Of a DNA stretch of 64,000 bases, positions 28,363 to 36,766 are shown piece after piece (position 1 is the first letter of the stretch; the number at the start of each line of letters is the position of its first letter). Source of the stretch: a virus; IMG/VR virus record IMGVR_UViG_3300044712_001034, positions 1 through 64,000 of that record; one strand, 5' to 3'. The notes below the pieces were generated by a model, which was given only the letters and a program-made list of their open reading frames with translations, was not told the origin of the DNA and ran no database searches. The position numbers and the translations under genes were made by a program.

Positions 28363-29286
28363 CTAATGACTATACACAATTTTCCTAGAGTTGTAAGTGT
28401 TCTTCCTAGGATTTTCCAATTCATAAGACCTTTTGCCCCACGTACTAATCTCGCTAAATAGTTCATCTTTTGTTCCACCATCTATGAAGAAATCATCTAC
28501 TGCAAACCCATTACCTTCGAAGTCAAAGAAGTTATAAATCATACAACGGCTTTCACCTAGAATCTTGGCAGTTCTAACTGCTCCTAAAGTTCCAGCTTGG
28601 TCATTGTCAAATAGAATTACAATTTCTTTTACTCCTGTAAAGTATTTTATCCACTCTGGCATAAAGCTATCGCATCCCATGTTCATACTTACAGCAGGAA
28701 CACCATTCTGCATTAGAACCATAGCTCCAATTAAACCCTCTGTAATATAAACCTTATCTACTACTTTTAGTAAGCCAGAGTTGAAAAGTAAAGGACCAAC
28801 ATTTTTATAATATTGTCTAATAATTTTAGGACTGTCTCTCCTGAGTTGGAAGTTTTTAAACAGGCCATCTTGATAAATAGGTATTGTATAAAACCCATTA
28901 TAAGTACCTAGTTTAAAACGATTGATAGTATCATCTGTTAGAGTTCTGTTATAGAAGTATGTTTTATCTCCTTCCAGTAGATTTTCATGAAAGATTTCTA
29001 CTAGCTTTTCGTAGACAATAGTTTCTTCGCCATCTTTAATCTGTTGAATAAAAGTAGCACTAAACCCTAAGTTACGTAAAAGCTCTTTAGCGGAATCGTG
29101 TGATAAACCTCTAACTCTTGTAAGATATGTATAAGAATCTCCATGAATATTCTTGGAGTTCCACCAGAATAGCTCTCTTTCGCAATCAATAATTAGACTA
29201 TCGTGGGCTATTGCGTGTGCCCACTTCTTGCCATCGTAATGAATACCATAATCTTCTTCAACCAATCTTTCAAGAGTTCCTGCCAT
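28363..29286 (-). CDS. DNA primase (TOPRIM)
   Basis: YITEG, LFDNDQAG, VDDFF motifs. Confidence 0.8.
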   Translation of the reverse strand: MAGTLERLVEEDYGIHYDGKKWAHAIAHDSLIIDCERELFWWNSKNIHGDSYTYLTRVRGLSHDSAKELLRNLGFSATFIQQIKDGEETIVYEKLVEIFHENLLEGDKTYFYNRTLTDDTINRFKLGTYNGFYTIPIYQDGLFKNFQLRRDSPKIIRQYYKNVGPLLFNSGLLKVVDKVYITEGLIGAMVLMQNGVPAVSMNMGCDSFMPEWIKYFTGVKEIVILFDNDQAGTLGAVRTAKILGESRCMIYNFFDFEGNGFAVDDFFIDGGTKDELFSEISTWGKRSYELENPRKNTYNSRKIVYSH

Positions 29287-29731
29287 TTACGAAGGCCCCA
29301 TATTAGGTTCTAAAATAATAAATACCTGATTTTCTCTTTGTCCAAGCTCTGTTAATGTGTTACCAGTATACCACTTACCCTCTACTGACACTAATGTATC
29401 ATAGTAATCCCTTTCTGGCACATCAAATAGCACAGGACAATCACCTTGCTGATTTTTATATGCTTGCAGAAACCCAATTAATTCAGACAGTAACATCATT
29501 TGCCACCCCTCCAAAATAAGCTTCATACATTCCAGAAAGAGAACTTATCAACAGCTTTACTTGTTCTTTATCAAGCCACATAGAAGAATCTTCGCCACTA
29601 GACGAGTCTGCTACAGAAAACATAAAAACTTTTTCATAATCTATAGTATCTGGTGATATTTGTAAATCACCTTGACAATGTGATGTTCCGGCTCTTTTAC
29701 AAAAACATTTAAAATAAATATAAGGTTCCAT
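29287..29731 (-). CDS. two small hypothetical proteins
   Basis: ORF track 29287-29526 and 29483-29731. Confidence 0.6.
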
Positions 29732-30666
29732 TATTCTACCCTCTCACATGCAATTTCAAAATATTCTGGATTAGCCTCAATACCTACAAAATCAAATCCC
29801 AATTCTTTACATGCTATTCCTGTAGTACCACTTCCCATAAACGGATCTAATACAACTCCATCCATAGGAGTAACTAAAGTAACTAGATACTGCATTAATT
29901 CTAAAGGTTTAACTGTAGGGTGATTACAAGCAACTCCTTTATCCCTCTTAGAAGGTTTAGCACAATAGAAAAATCTTGATTTATCCCCTAGAAATTCTTC
30001 TTCTAATATAAGATTGCTAGGCCATCTGCCTTTTGTATTTATTTCTTGTTCGTAATCTGGTCTAATTTCTTGTCCAAATCCAGACCACTTAGCAAGCTTG
30101 TTGATTGGAACGATTTCATTGTCTGCAATCTCAATTCGTGATTGTTCAATATTAATACCACCTGTTCCAAAGCGTCCTTTGTTAGCAATATTTGTTTTTT
30201 CAGATATTGGTTTTCTCGCCATAATGATAGGCTCAAAAGCAGGTTTAAGGTTAGTACCCCAACCATCACCAAGATCGTGAGACTTAGGAAATCCTTGTCC
30301 ATATAACCATCCTATTGTATCTCTAATTTCAAATCCAGCATCTTCAATAGCTACTGTGATTCTGTGAAATGTTCTTGTTCCACCAAAAGCTAATAGATAA
30401 GCTCCGGGCTTCATAACTCTAAATACTTCAGCCCAAAATATAGGGTCTTTTTCTATTCCAGTTCCATCCCATTCTTGCCCCAAAAATCCTTTAGATAATC
30501 TCTGGTATCTACCATCTTTTCCTTCTTTTGCAGGAGCAGAATCTTTATCTCCAAATCGTTTAGTAATAGAAGTTAGTCCATAAGGAGGATCTGTTACACA
30601 AGAAGAAAAATAGTTATTTTCAAATGTTTTTAGAACTTCCCTACTATCTCCGTTTATTAGTCTCAT
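29731..30666 (-). CDS. amino-methyltransferase (m6A/m4C, beta class)
   Basis: TDPPY precedes HPTVKP and DPFMGSGTT. Confidence 0.92.
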   Translation of the reverse strand: MRLINGDSREVLKTFENNYFSSCVTDPPYGLTSITKRFGDKDSAPAKEGKDGRYQRLSKGFLGQEWDGTGIEKDPIFWAEVFRVMKPGAYLLAFGGTRTFHRITVAIEDAGFEIRDTIGWLYGQGFPKSHDLGDGWGTNLKPAFEPIIMARKPISEKTNIANKGRFGTGGINIEQSRIEIADNEIVPINKLAKWSGFGQEIRPDYEQEINTKGRWPSNLILEEEFLGDKSRFFYCAKPSKRDKGVACNHPTVKPLELMQYLVTLVTPMDGVVLDPFMGSGTTGIACKELGFDFVGIEANPEYFEIACERVE

Positions 30667-31061
30667 TAAAATTTTCCTTTTTCTCCAACCTTAAATCTAT
30701 CAGAATCTATAAGTTCTTTGCGAAGATCATATACAAGTTTTTCTGCTTCTTCTCTTGACTTGGCTATTACATGAGCACTTAGAACTGCGGGTTGCATACT
30801 TCCGGGAACAACATTCCAAAAACTATAAAAACCTGGTTCTGGAAGATAAGTATAAAACAACGACAAAGAGTCAGTTTTACCTACTCCAAAATCAAAACCA
30901 ATTCTACCTTCATCTACATAGTGCTTATTAACATCTATTTCAAATTCCTCTAAAATCATACCAAACATATTGGCATATTTTTCAGCATACTCTTTTTCAG
31001 AAAACACTGAGTCAATCATGGATTCATAACCACCAGTAGAAACTATGTATATATTAGCCAT
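30666..31061 (-). CDS. hypothetical protein
   Basis: 131-aa ORF. Confidence 0.7.
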   Translation of the reverse strand: MANIYIVSTGGYESMIDSVFSEKEYAEKYANMFGMILEEFEIDVNKHYVDEGRIGFDFGVGKTDSLSLFYTYLPEPGFYSFWNVVPGSMQPAVLSAHVIAKSREEAEKLVYDLRKELIDSDRFKVGEKGKF

Positions 31062-31230
31062 TTGACATTCCTTTTCGTTTATTGTCCTGTTCTTCTATTT
31101 CTTCTTTAGTTTTATCTCTAGAAGTTTCACCTAAAACTTTGTGACATTTATCACATATTTCTCTATAATATATTTTGAATGTTCCAAAATCTATTTCATG
31201 AGTTGTAGTTCTTTCGTGCTGACATTCCAT
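31054..31230 (-). CDS. zinc-ribbon microprotein (58 aa), same family as the 25.1-25.7 kb array
   Basis: MECQHERTTTHEIDFGTFKIYYREICDKCHKVLGE... Confidence 0.7.
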   Translation of the reverse strand: MECQHERTTTHEIDFGTFKIYYREICDKCHKVLGETSRDKTKEEIEEQDNKRKGMSNG

Positions 31231-31454
31231 TACTGTGTTCCTTCGATAAATGGTTCCGAACCTCCGGGCGGAGATTGTTGGGGTAAATTTCCACTATCAA
31301 ATACTCCGGGAGGAACACAACAATTCTGTCCCTGCGGATTTACTTTTGGTAATGGATTTGGTAATCCACCACTATTGCCTAGAAACAAAAAGGCAACAAA
31401 AGCAACTAACGCAATAAGTAAAACTACAATAATAACTGGTTTTGCCTGTTTCAT
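31230..31454 (-). CDS. small Pro/Gly-rich membrane-anchored protein
   Basis: MKQAKPVIIVVLL... with AAGGAG RBS; the longer ORF-track start overlaps tRNA-Gln. Confidence 0.65.
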   Translation of the reverse strand: MKQAKPVIIVVLLIALVAFVAFLFLGNSGGLPNPLPKVNPQGQNCCVPPGVFDSGNLPQQSPPGGSEPFIEGTQ

Positions 31455-31478
31455 TAAAACTCCTTTTCTAAAGATTAG

Positions 31479-31551
31479 CGGAGGCGTACAGAATCGAACT
31501 GCAATTTCCTGATCCAGAGTCAAGCGTCTTTGTCCGTTAGACCACGCCCCT
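31479..31551 (-). tRNA. tRNA-Gln(CTG)
   Basis: Cloverleaf, loop CT-CTG-GA, T loop GTTCGATT. Confidence 0.9.
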
Positions 31552-31555
31552 ATAG

Positions 31556-31626
31556 CAGTAAGGTAGAGACTTGAACTCTAATCAACCATTTTGGAGACGG
31601 TTATTCTACCATTGAACTACCTCACT
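31556..31626 (-). tRNA. tRNA-Trp(CCA)
   Basis: Cloverleaf, loop CT-CCA-AA. Confidence 0.9.
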
Positions 31627-31631
31627 ATTTA

Positions 31632-31703
31632 TGGACACATAGGGAGTCGAACCCTAAACTTCTGATTGCAAAACAGATGTGTTCCCGCTAGCACCATGCG
31701 CCC
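31632..31703 (-). tRNA. tRNA-Ala(TGC)
   Basis: G3:U70, A73, loop TT-TGC-AA. Confidence 0.88.
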
Positions 31704-31714
31704 TTATTGCATAC

Positions 31715-31795
31715 CCGGCACAGCGGAGTGTTTACGTTGCTTCGGTTTCTTTTAATTACGTTTTCCGTCAACAACCGTCCTTGATAGTACGCCAG
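31715..31795 (-). ncRNA. candidate structured ncRNA in the tRNA cluster
   Basis: Nested pairings CTGGCGTA/TGTGCCGG, GTTGTT/AGCAAC, CGG/CCG. Confidence 0.4.
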
Positions 31796-31867
31796 TGGAG
31801 AAAGAAAGAATTGCACTTTCATTACTCGCGTATCAGACGAGTTTCCTATCTGTTGAAAGATTTCTCC
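31796..31867 (-). tRNA. tRNA-Ile(GAT) with atypical D and T loops
   Basis: Loop CT-GAT-AC; T loop GTGCAAT; D loop lacks GG. Confidence 0.8.
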
Positions 31868-31870
31868 AAG

Positions 31871-31943
31871 TGATCCTAAGTAGATTCGAACTACCAACCT
31901 CCGGTATGTAACGCCGATGCTCTGACCGTTGAGCTATAGGATC
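31871..31943 (-). tRNA. tRNA-Val(TAC)
   Basis: Cloverleaf, loop GT-TAC-AT. Confidence 0.85.
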
Positions 31944-31947
31944 TTAG

Positions 31948-32019
31948 TGTGATTGAATGATTTTGAAACATTGACCTTCTCATTTTCAGTGAGACGCTCT
32001 ACCTCTGAGCTACAACCAC
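31948..32019 (-). tRNA. tRNA-Phe(GAA)
   Basis: Loop CT-GAA-AA; weak T stem. Confidence 0.82.
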
Positions 32020-32023
32020 TTAG

Positions 32024-32097
32024 CCGGGGAAGCAGGATTTGAACCTGTGATCACTCGCTCCCAAAGCGAGGGTGTTACCAAACTGCACTATTCCCCG
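32024..32097 (-). tRNA. tRNA-Pro(TGG)
   Basis: CGGGGAA/TTCCCCG acceptor stem, loop TT-TGG-GA. Confidence 0.9.
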
Positions 32098-32100
32098 TAA

Positions 32101-32217
32101 CCGTCTGTAATCAGGCCGCTCTATTACGTAATGTTCATCCAATACAGGACAGGTCAAATGCAATCTGCTGAACCTTACGTTACGTCTTAGTGTCGATAGC
32201 CCTCATTGTACAGACGG
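32101..32217 (-). ncRNA. candidate 117-nt rod-shaped ncRNA in the tRNA cluster
   Basis: Terminal CCGTCTGTA/TACAGACGG, internal ACGTAA-GTTCA/TGAAC-TTACGT, asymmetric central bubble. Confidence 0.55.
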
Positions 32218-32220
32218 AGG

Positions 32221-32293
32221 CGATCTTAAGGGGACTCGAACCCCTAACCTATTCATCGACAGTGAATTGCTCTAGCCATTGAGCTATAAGACC
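32221..32293 (-). tRNA. tRNA-Asp(GTC)
   Basis: Loop CT-GTC-GA, G73. Confidence 0.9.
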
Positions 32294-32297
32294 AAGG

Positions 32298-32369
32298 CTC
32301 CCCGACCAGGAATCGAACCTAGACCTAGTGGTTAACAGCCACTCGTCCTGCCAATTAGACCATCGGAAA
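32298..32369 (-). tRNA. tRNA-Asn(GTT)
   Basis: Loop CT-GTT-AA, G73. Confidence 0.9.
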
Positions 32370-32373
32370 ACAA

Positions 32374-32445
32374 GGTGACAAATGAGATTTGAACTCATAA
32401 CATTCTTATCCACAATAAGACGTTCTACCATTGAACTATTGCCAC
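32374..32445 (-). tRNA. tRNA-His(GTG)
   Basis: Loop TT-GTG-GA, C73; no encoded G-1. Confidence 0.88.
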
Positions 32446-32447
32446 AG

Positions 32448-32514
32448 TTGCGGGGGTGGAAGTCGAATCCACGTTAATAGGTTATGAGCCTAGGGGTTTC
32501 CGAAACTCCCCGCA
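32448..32514 (-). tRNA. tRNA-Met(CAT), 67 nt with a shortened D arm
   Basis: TGCGGGG/CCCCGCA acceptor stem, loop CT-CAT-AA, D arm reduced to GTTTCGGAAAC. Confidence 0.75.
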
Positions 32515-32635
32515 GTATTTTAATGTAATTCATAATAAGTTAGTAAGATAATTCCAGCAATTAGTAATACTGCTATAATAACGATTACTATTACTTTTAA
32601 TAAACCTTTTAGAATATCCATATTATTCTCCTTAG

Positions 32636-32706
32636 TCCCCGATGATTGAATTGAACAATCTCTAGCGCCTTATAAGAGCGATTTGCTTCCGTTACAACAA
32701 TCGGGG
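32636..32706 (-). tRNA. tRNA-Ile(TAT)
   Basis: CCCCGAT/ATCGGGG acceptor stem, loop CT-TAT-AA, A73. Confidence 0.8.
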
Positions 32707-32711
32707 TTAGG

Positions 32712-32784
32712 TGCTCCTAGTGGAATTCGAATCCACATCTTAGGATTGAGAGTCCTAAATACTAGTCCGTTATACGATAGGAGC
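32712..32784 (-). tRNA. tRNA-Glu(CTC)
   Basis: Loop CT-CTC-AA. Confidence 0.88.
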
Positions 32785-32799
32785 TTATTCAATTGTTAT

Positions 32800-33048
32800 T
32801 TACCCCCGTTTACAAAGTTCAAAATATTTATTCCAGAATAGAGTCCTTGTCTCTCTATCAAAAGGCTGAATAGCCCTAGTGAAAGCAAGTTTTCTACCTT
32901 CAGCTTTTACAAACTGATCCACCTTTGAACAAACTGACTGACCTAGCCACCCACCATTATCTGTATGAATGTAGCAATCTACAACCCTACGATGTTTACC
33001 ATCTTCACTATACTTGAAACTTACTTCGTAATCATTTACCTTAAACAT
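32800..33048 (-). CDS. conserved phage hypothetical protein
   Basis: CS..DQF.K..GRKLA..RA motif; likely start MFKVND. Confidence 0.65.
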   Translation of the reverse strand: MFKVNDYEVSFKYSEDGKHRRVVDCYIHTDNGGWLGQSVCSKVDQFVKAEGRKLAFTRAIQPFDRETRTLFWNKYFELCKRG

Positions 33049-33187
33049 TCTGCATCTCCTGTGATCTAGTTTCTCCGCAATTTGCACACTTTTCTACTCG
33101 TAACCATCCTATTACTTTACCCTCATAATTCTGAACAGGCTCTACATGAGAGTAAACCCACAAATGAACACACTCTTTTTCATCCAT
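33041..33187 (-). CDS. C-x-H-x-W...CxxC microprotein (48 aa)
   Basis: MDEKECVHLWVYSHVEP...VEKCANCGETRSQEMQNV; AAGGAG RBS. Confidence 0.7.
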   Translation of the reverse strand: MDEKECVHLWVYSHVEPVQNYEGKVIGWLRVEKCANCGETRSQEMQNV

Positions 33188-33215
33188 ACCAACTCCTTTA
33201 TAGTTTAGAATAAGG

Positions 33216-33289
33216 CGCACCGGATAGGACTTGAACCTACAACCGTTAGCTTAGAAGGCTACTGCTCTGTCCTGTTGAGCTACTGGTGC
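33216..33289 (-). tRNA. tRNA-Arg(TCT)
   Basis: Loop CT-TCT-AA. Confidence 0.9.
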
Positions 33290-33324
33290 ATGTGAGAGCT
33301 TGTCTCTCTCACTTTCTTACATAT

Positions 33325-33352
33325 ATTATACTCATTATTTTGAGTTTGTCAA
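33325..33352 (-). promoter_or_regulatory. sigma70-type promoter upstream of the tRNA cluster
   Basis: TTGACA-16 bp-TATAAT, preceded by AAAATTGGTAC. Confidence 0.85.
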
Positions 33353-33365
33353 GTACCAATTTTGA

Positions 33366-33578
33366 CTAAGTTGGGTCTTCGAATGTAAACTGACAGATAA
33401 GCCTTAGTAAAGCGTGTAAATTATCCCGCTTGAACGTTGGTAATGGTACTGAGTTATACAAGTCAGTAGGCCACGACTTGTGACAATAGTAAAACACGTA
33501 CTCTCCATTTAGAAATGCAATATTAAAATCATAACCATGTGCCACAAACTCGTTTAAAACATCTTCTAGCTCTGTCAT
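33366..33578 (-). CDS. hypothetical protein
   Basis: 70-aa ORF. Confidence 0.6.
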   Translation of the reverse strand: MTELEDVLNEFVAHGYDFNIAFLNGEYVFYYCHKSWPTDLYNSVPLPTFKRDNLHALLRLICQFTFEDPT

Positions 33579-33742
33579 ATTTCTAAACTCGCTTCCTTCT
33601 CTTCCCTTCTACGCTTGATAGCTTCAGCACGCTTCTTCTTCTCTTCTTCAAGAAGGAATACTGAACGCCCATCCACCTGATGCCCAGTTCTCCTGCGGTT
33701 GATCTTTCTATCTCTACGCAACGCTTTATAAATACTAGGCAT
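33575..33742 (-). CDS. small basic protein (55 aa)
   Basis: MPSIYKALRRDRKINRRRTG...KKKRAEAIKRRREEK; TAATG coupling. Confidence 0.65.
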   Translation of the reverse strand: MPSIYKALRRDRKINRRRTGHQVDGRSVFLLEEEKKKRAEAIKRRREEKEASLEI

Positions 33743-34128
33743 TAAATTTTCTCCATATTCCAGTAAGGAGCTTCATTTGTAGTGTAATAAATTTTTTTTA
33801 CACCGAACTTTTTTAGTTCAGCTAAACAATATTCACAAGGTCTGGACATCTTTATATTACCTTTTTTATCTTCTCTATAAATGTACATTGTAGTCTTATC
33901 TAAGTAGTCTTTACCAGAAGTAGCTAACGCACAAACTTCTGCATGAGTAGTATCAAATCTTGTTATGAATTTTTTGTTAGGAGCTTTAGTCTTATTAAAC
34001 CCAACTGAAATGGGCTTATCTTTTCTAAGAAGAACTGCTCCTACTTTTATTCTGTGTTCCGAATATTTACTTGTATTTTTTGCTAATTTAAACCACCGCA
34101 AATGCGGGTCAGAATCTATATTCATCAT
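33742..34128 (-). CDS. cytidine/dCMP deaminase family protein
   Basis: VGAV, HAE, PCEYC. Confidence 0.85.
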   Translation of the reverse strand: MMNIDSDPHLRWFKLAKNTSKYSEHRIKVGAVLLRKDKPISVGFNKTKAPNKKFITRFDTTHAEVCALATSGKDYLDKTTMYIYREDKKGNIKMSRPCEYCLAELKKFGVKKIYYTTNEAPYWNMEKI

Positions 34129-34904
34129 AATAGGGAACTACCTTTGTATTATCCAGTGCGTTTTTTAAACTATTGTAAAGCTTTTTATACTTTTCATCGT
34201 TGTATAGTATATCATTATCAATTTGAAATTTAATACCTGATCTACCAGTATGATCTGCTATTATTATATTAACAGTCATATTTCCATTCAAATCCTGGTA
34301 AGTTTGCACTTCTTCAACGAGACTGGTATAGCTGTAAATAAGTTCAAATAATTGATTTAAACCTACAGACCTTGAGTTCATTCACCCTCTATGGAAAAAT
34401 ACTTGGTACATTCATACCAGTTACAATAAAGAATAAGATATGAAGTATATCAAAACCTAGCACTACTAAAAAGATACCTAGTGCAAGCTTTAATACATTT
34501 TTTATTAGATATTTAGCAAAACCCATTTTACTTCCTTCCGAATTTAGTTAGTCCTGCTTTAATTAGTTCATTAAAGCTATCTTTATCTAGAGATACAAAG
34601 AACTCTTTGCTAAGCTCCGAATTTTTTATAACTAACATTATATTCTTCGGAGCTTCTTCATCCTCTTTTACAATAAGATTAGTATGACAAAGCTTTGAAC
34701 CGCAATTGCAAGCTATGGTTGTTTGCTTCATATAACACTACCTACCATTCTAAATATCTCGTCTGTTATAGATTTATCTGTTTCTCTTTCTAATCCAGTA
34801 GGAGATATTTTATAAACCACTTTGCATAAACTACAATATCTATATGCTCTGCTATATAACCAAATGTACTTTAGACAACCATTACAATGCTCACACTTAT
34901 TCAT
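34109..34904 (-). CDS. several small hypothetical ORFs, including Cys-rich 34528-34731 and a CEHC...CSLC ORF at about 34728-34904
   Basis: ORF track plus manual translation. Confidence 0.55.
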
Positions 34905-34907
34905 AAA

Positions 34908-35231
34908 CTATCCGCGAGTTTTTCTATACTCGTTCATATTATTAGTGGTGTCATATGCCATCATAGAAACTACAGCACCTATTCCAACACGCACTACATA
35001 AAGTAATACTCCCTGCCAGTTCATCCCTAATACTGGATCTGCACTAGGAAAGCCAATTGCTACTAAAGCAAAAGGAGCTAAAGCATTTAATACTGGTAGC
35101 ATAATTGCGTAAAAAGCAAAAGGAAAATCATAATTTGGGTTTTTTATTACCCACTTTCTCCAAACCATTTTCACAACTTGCAAAACTGCCGCAGATAAAG
35201 CACCAGAAGTCAACGTAATTGAATTATCCAT
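34908..35231 (-). CDS. multi-TM membrane protein (possible holin)
   Basis: MDNSITL... with three hydrophobic segments; GGAGG RBS. Confidence 0.5.
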   Translation of the reverse strand: MDNSITLTSGALSAAVLQVVKMVWRKWVIKNPNYDFPFAFYAIMLPVLNALAPFALVAIGFPSADPVLGMNWQGVLLYVVRVGIGAVVSMMAYDTTNNMNEYRKTRG

Positions 35232-35232
35232 C

Positions 35233-35799
35233 CTATCCTCCAAATAAATTCTTTTTATAAGTCTCTTCAAAAAGCACATCTAGCTGTTTGTACAGACTAG
35301 CATAAACATCTGTGTTATTAATCACATAGTCAAACTTGTAGTAATCTAACTCTGTTTCACTAACCTCTTCATATTCCTTTGTTCCTTTTAGAATTTCCCT
35401 ATTTGGGGCTTCTATTCTAACTGTATAAACTTGATAAAGAGGATTATCTTTTATATATTCAACCTCGTTATTAAACCTACAATCATCTACAAAAACAAAG
35501 TCAAATGGATATAGTGTTCTGCTAGGAAGATCTTTATCAATTAGATTACTAACCCAAATATAAGGATAATAATTTCTAGCAGTTTGACCTATACCTTGAA
35601 GAAGTGCTCTACCTTTTAGATCTTTATTCCCATCCCAATTGAAGCACTCCCTAGCTACCCTCTTTAATGAGCTAGCAAATGAACCTATTACTACAGATCG
35701 CTCTAAGTCATAAGCCTTGTTATACAAATACCTAGCGGAGGTTGTCTTTCCTACTCCTGCGTGTCCAGACAATAATACACATATACTCTTGTTCATCAT
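35233..35799 (-). CDS. deoxynucleoside monophosphate kinase
   Basis: GHAGVGKT, R.LLQ.IG, DDCRF.NE, SETELD. Confidence 0.85.
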   Translation of the reverse strand: MMNKSICVLLSGHAGVGKTTSARYLYNKAYDLERSVVIGSFASSLKRVARECFNWDGNKDLKGRALLQGIGQTARNYYPYIWVSNLIDKDLPSRTLYPFDFVFVDDCRFNNEVEYIKDNPLYQVYTVRIEAPNREILKGTKEYEEVSETELDYYKFDYVINNTDVYASLYKQLDVLFEETYKKNLFGG

Positions 35800-36019
35800 T
35801 CTGTTATCTCCGATAAAATCCCTTCTATAACTTTTTTAGAAATAAAATTATTCATAATCAAAAATTTAATCAAGAAAGATAAAGTAGGAATTTCAATGAC
35901 TATAACATTGTGCGATGATACAAAGAACTCAGGAGAACCTAATTGTTTTATGATTAGGGTATCTCTGTTGGGGAGTTTTGTAACTGTTAGCCTTGTCCTT
36001 TCTTCCATATCTATATTCC

Positions 36020-36766
36020 TTATACAGATTTTCTTGTAAATCTAGCAAATGGTGATAGCTTATTATGAAGCTTTTCTAAAATCTCTACATCACCTACGTT
36101 ATGTGCTAAAACTTCAGATAAAGCCTCTGAATCTCCATATTTAGCTCGATTCCAAGTTGATTTATCTAGTGGAGTTTTACCCGGAATATTCAAGTAATAG
36201 CAAACATTCTCTAATCTCTTACTAGACAAACTAGCCAGTTTGGATTTACAAAGATAGTAAAGATCGAAGTGATACAAGTCTGGAAAAGACTTAGTATAAA
36301 CTTCTCCATTAGATCTTTCTACCTGCTCACTAGTATATCCAGGAAACCATAAATCATAGTGTAACGCTTTAGCCCTTAGAAACGTTAGATCAAATATAGT
36401 TCCATAGTATGTAACGATTATAGCATACTTTTTCATTTCGTCAATGCAAGATTGAACAAGTCTTTTATCAGGGGAGGATGAATTTTCAAACAACTCCTTT
36501 TTAGTAATTGTATCAAAGTATACTGGTCCATCTTTTTCTTTAATGCACCAAGATAACATTGTAGCAAAATCTGATTTTAGACCATCACTTTCTATGTCTA
36601 AATATCCGATACGCAAATCTTCAAATTGATACCAAGGCTTGCCATATTCTTCTTCAATCTTTCTTGCTTTATCCTCATTTACATTACCAGACGCAAAACA
36701 AGCTGGATGAGTTTCTATAGAATGACGATGACTACAAGTTAGATTTTCAATTAATTTTTTTAGCAT
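36020..36766 (-). CDS. DnaQ/RNase H-like 3'-5' exonuclease
   Basis: LDIES, YYG..FD, HN..DV. Confidence 0.8.
   Translation of the reverse strand: MLKKLIENLTCSHRHSIETHPACFASGNVNEDKARKIEEEYGKPWYQFEDLRIGYLDIESDGLKSDFATMLSWCIKEKDGPVYFDTITKKELFENSSSPDKRLVQSCIDEMKKYAIIVTYYGTIFDLTFLRAKALHYDLWFPGYTSEQVERSNGEVYTKSFPDLYHFDLYYLCKSKLASLSSKRLENVCYYLNIPGKTPLDKSTWNRAKYGDSEALSEVLAHNVGDVEILEKLHNKLSPFARFTRKSV

Noticed and set aside
31454-32431. ORF-track entries 31679-31873, 31688-31897, 32249-32431 and the N-terminal extension of 31230-31523
   Set aside because: They overlap clear tRNA genes and are spurious translations
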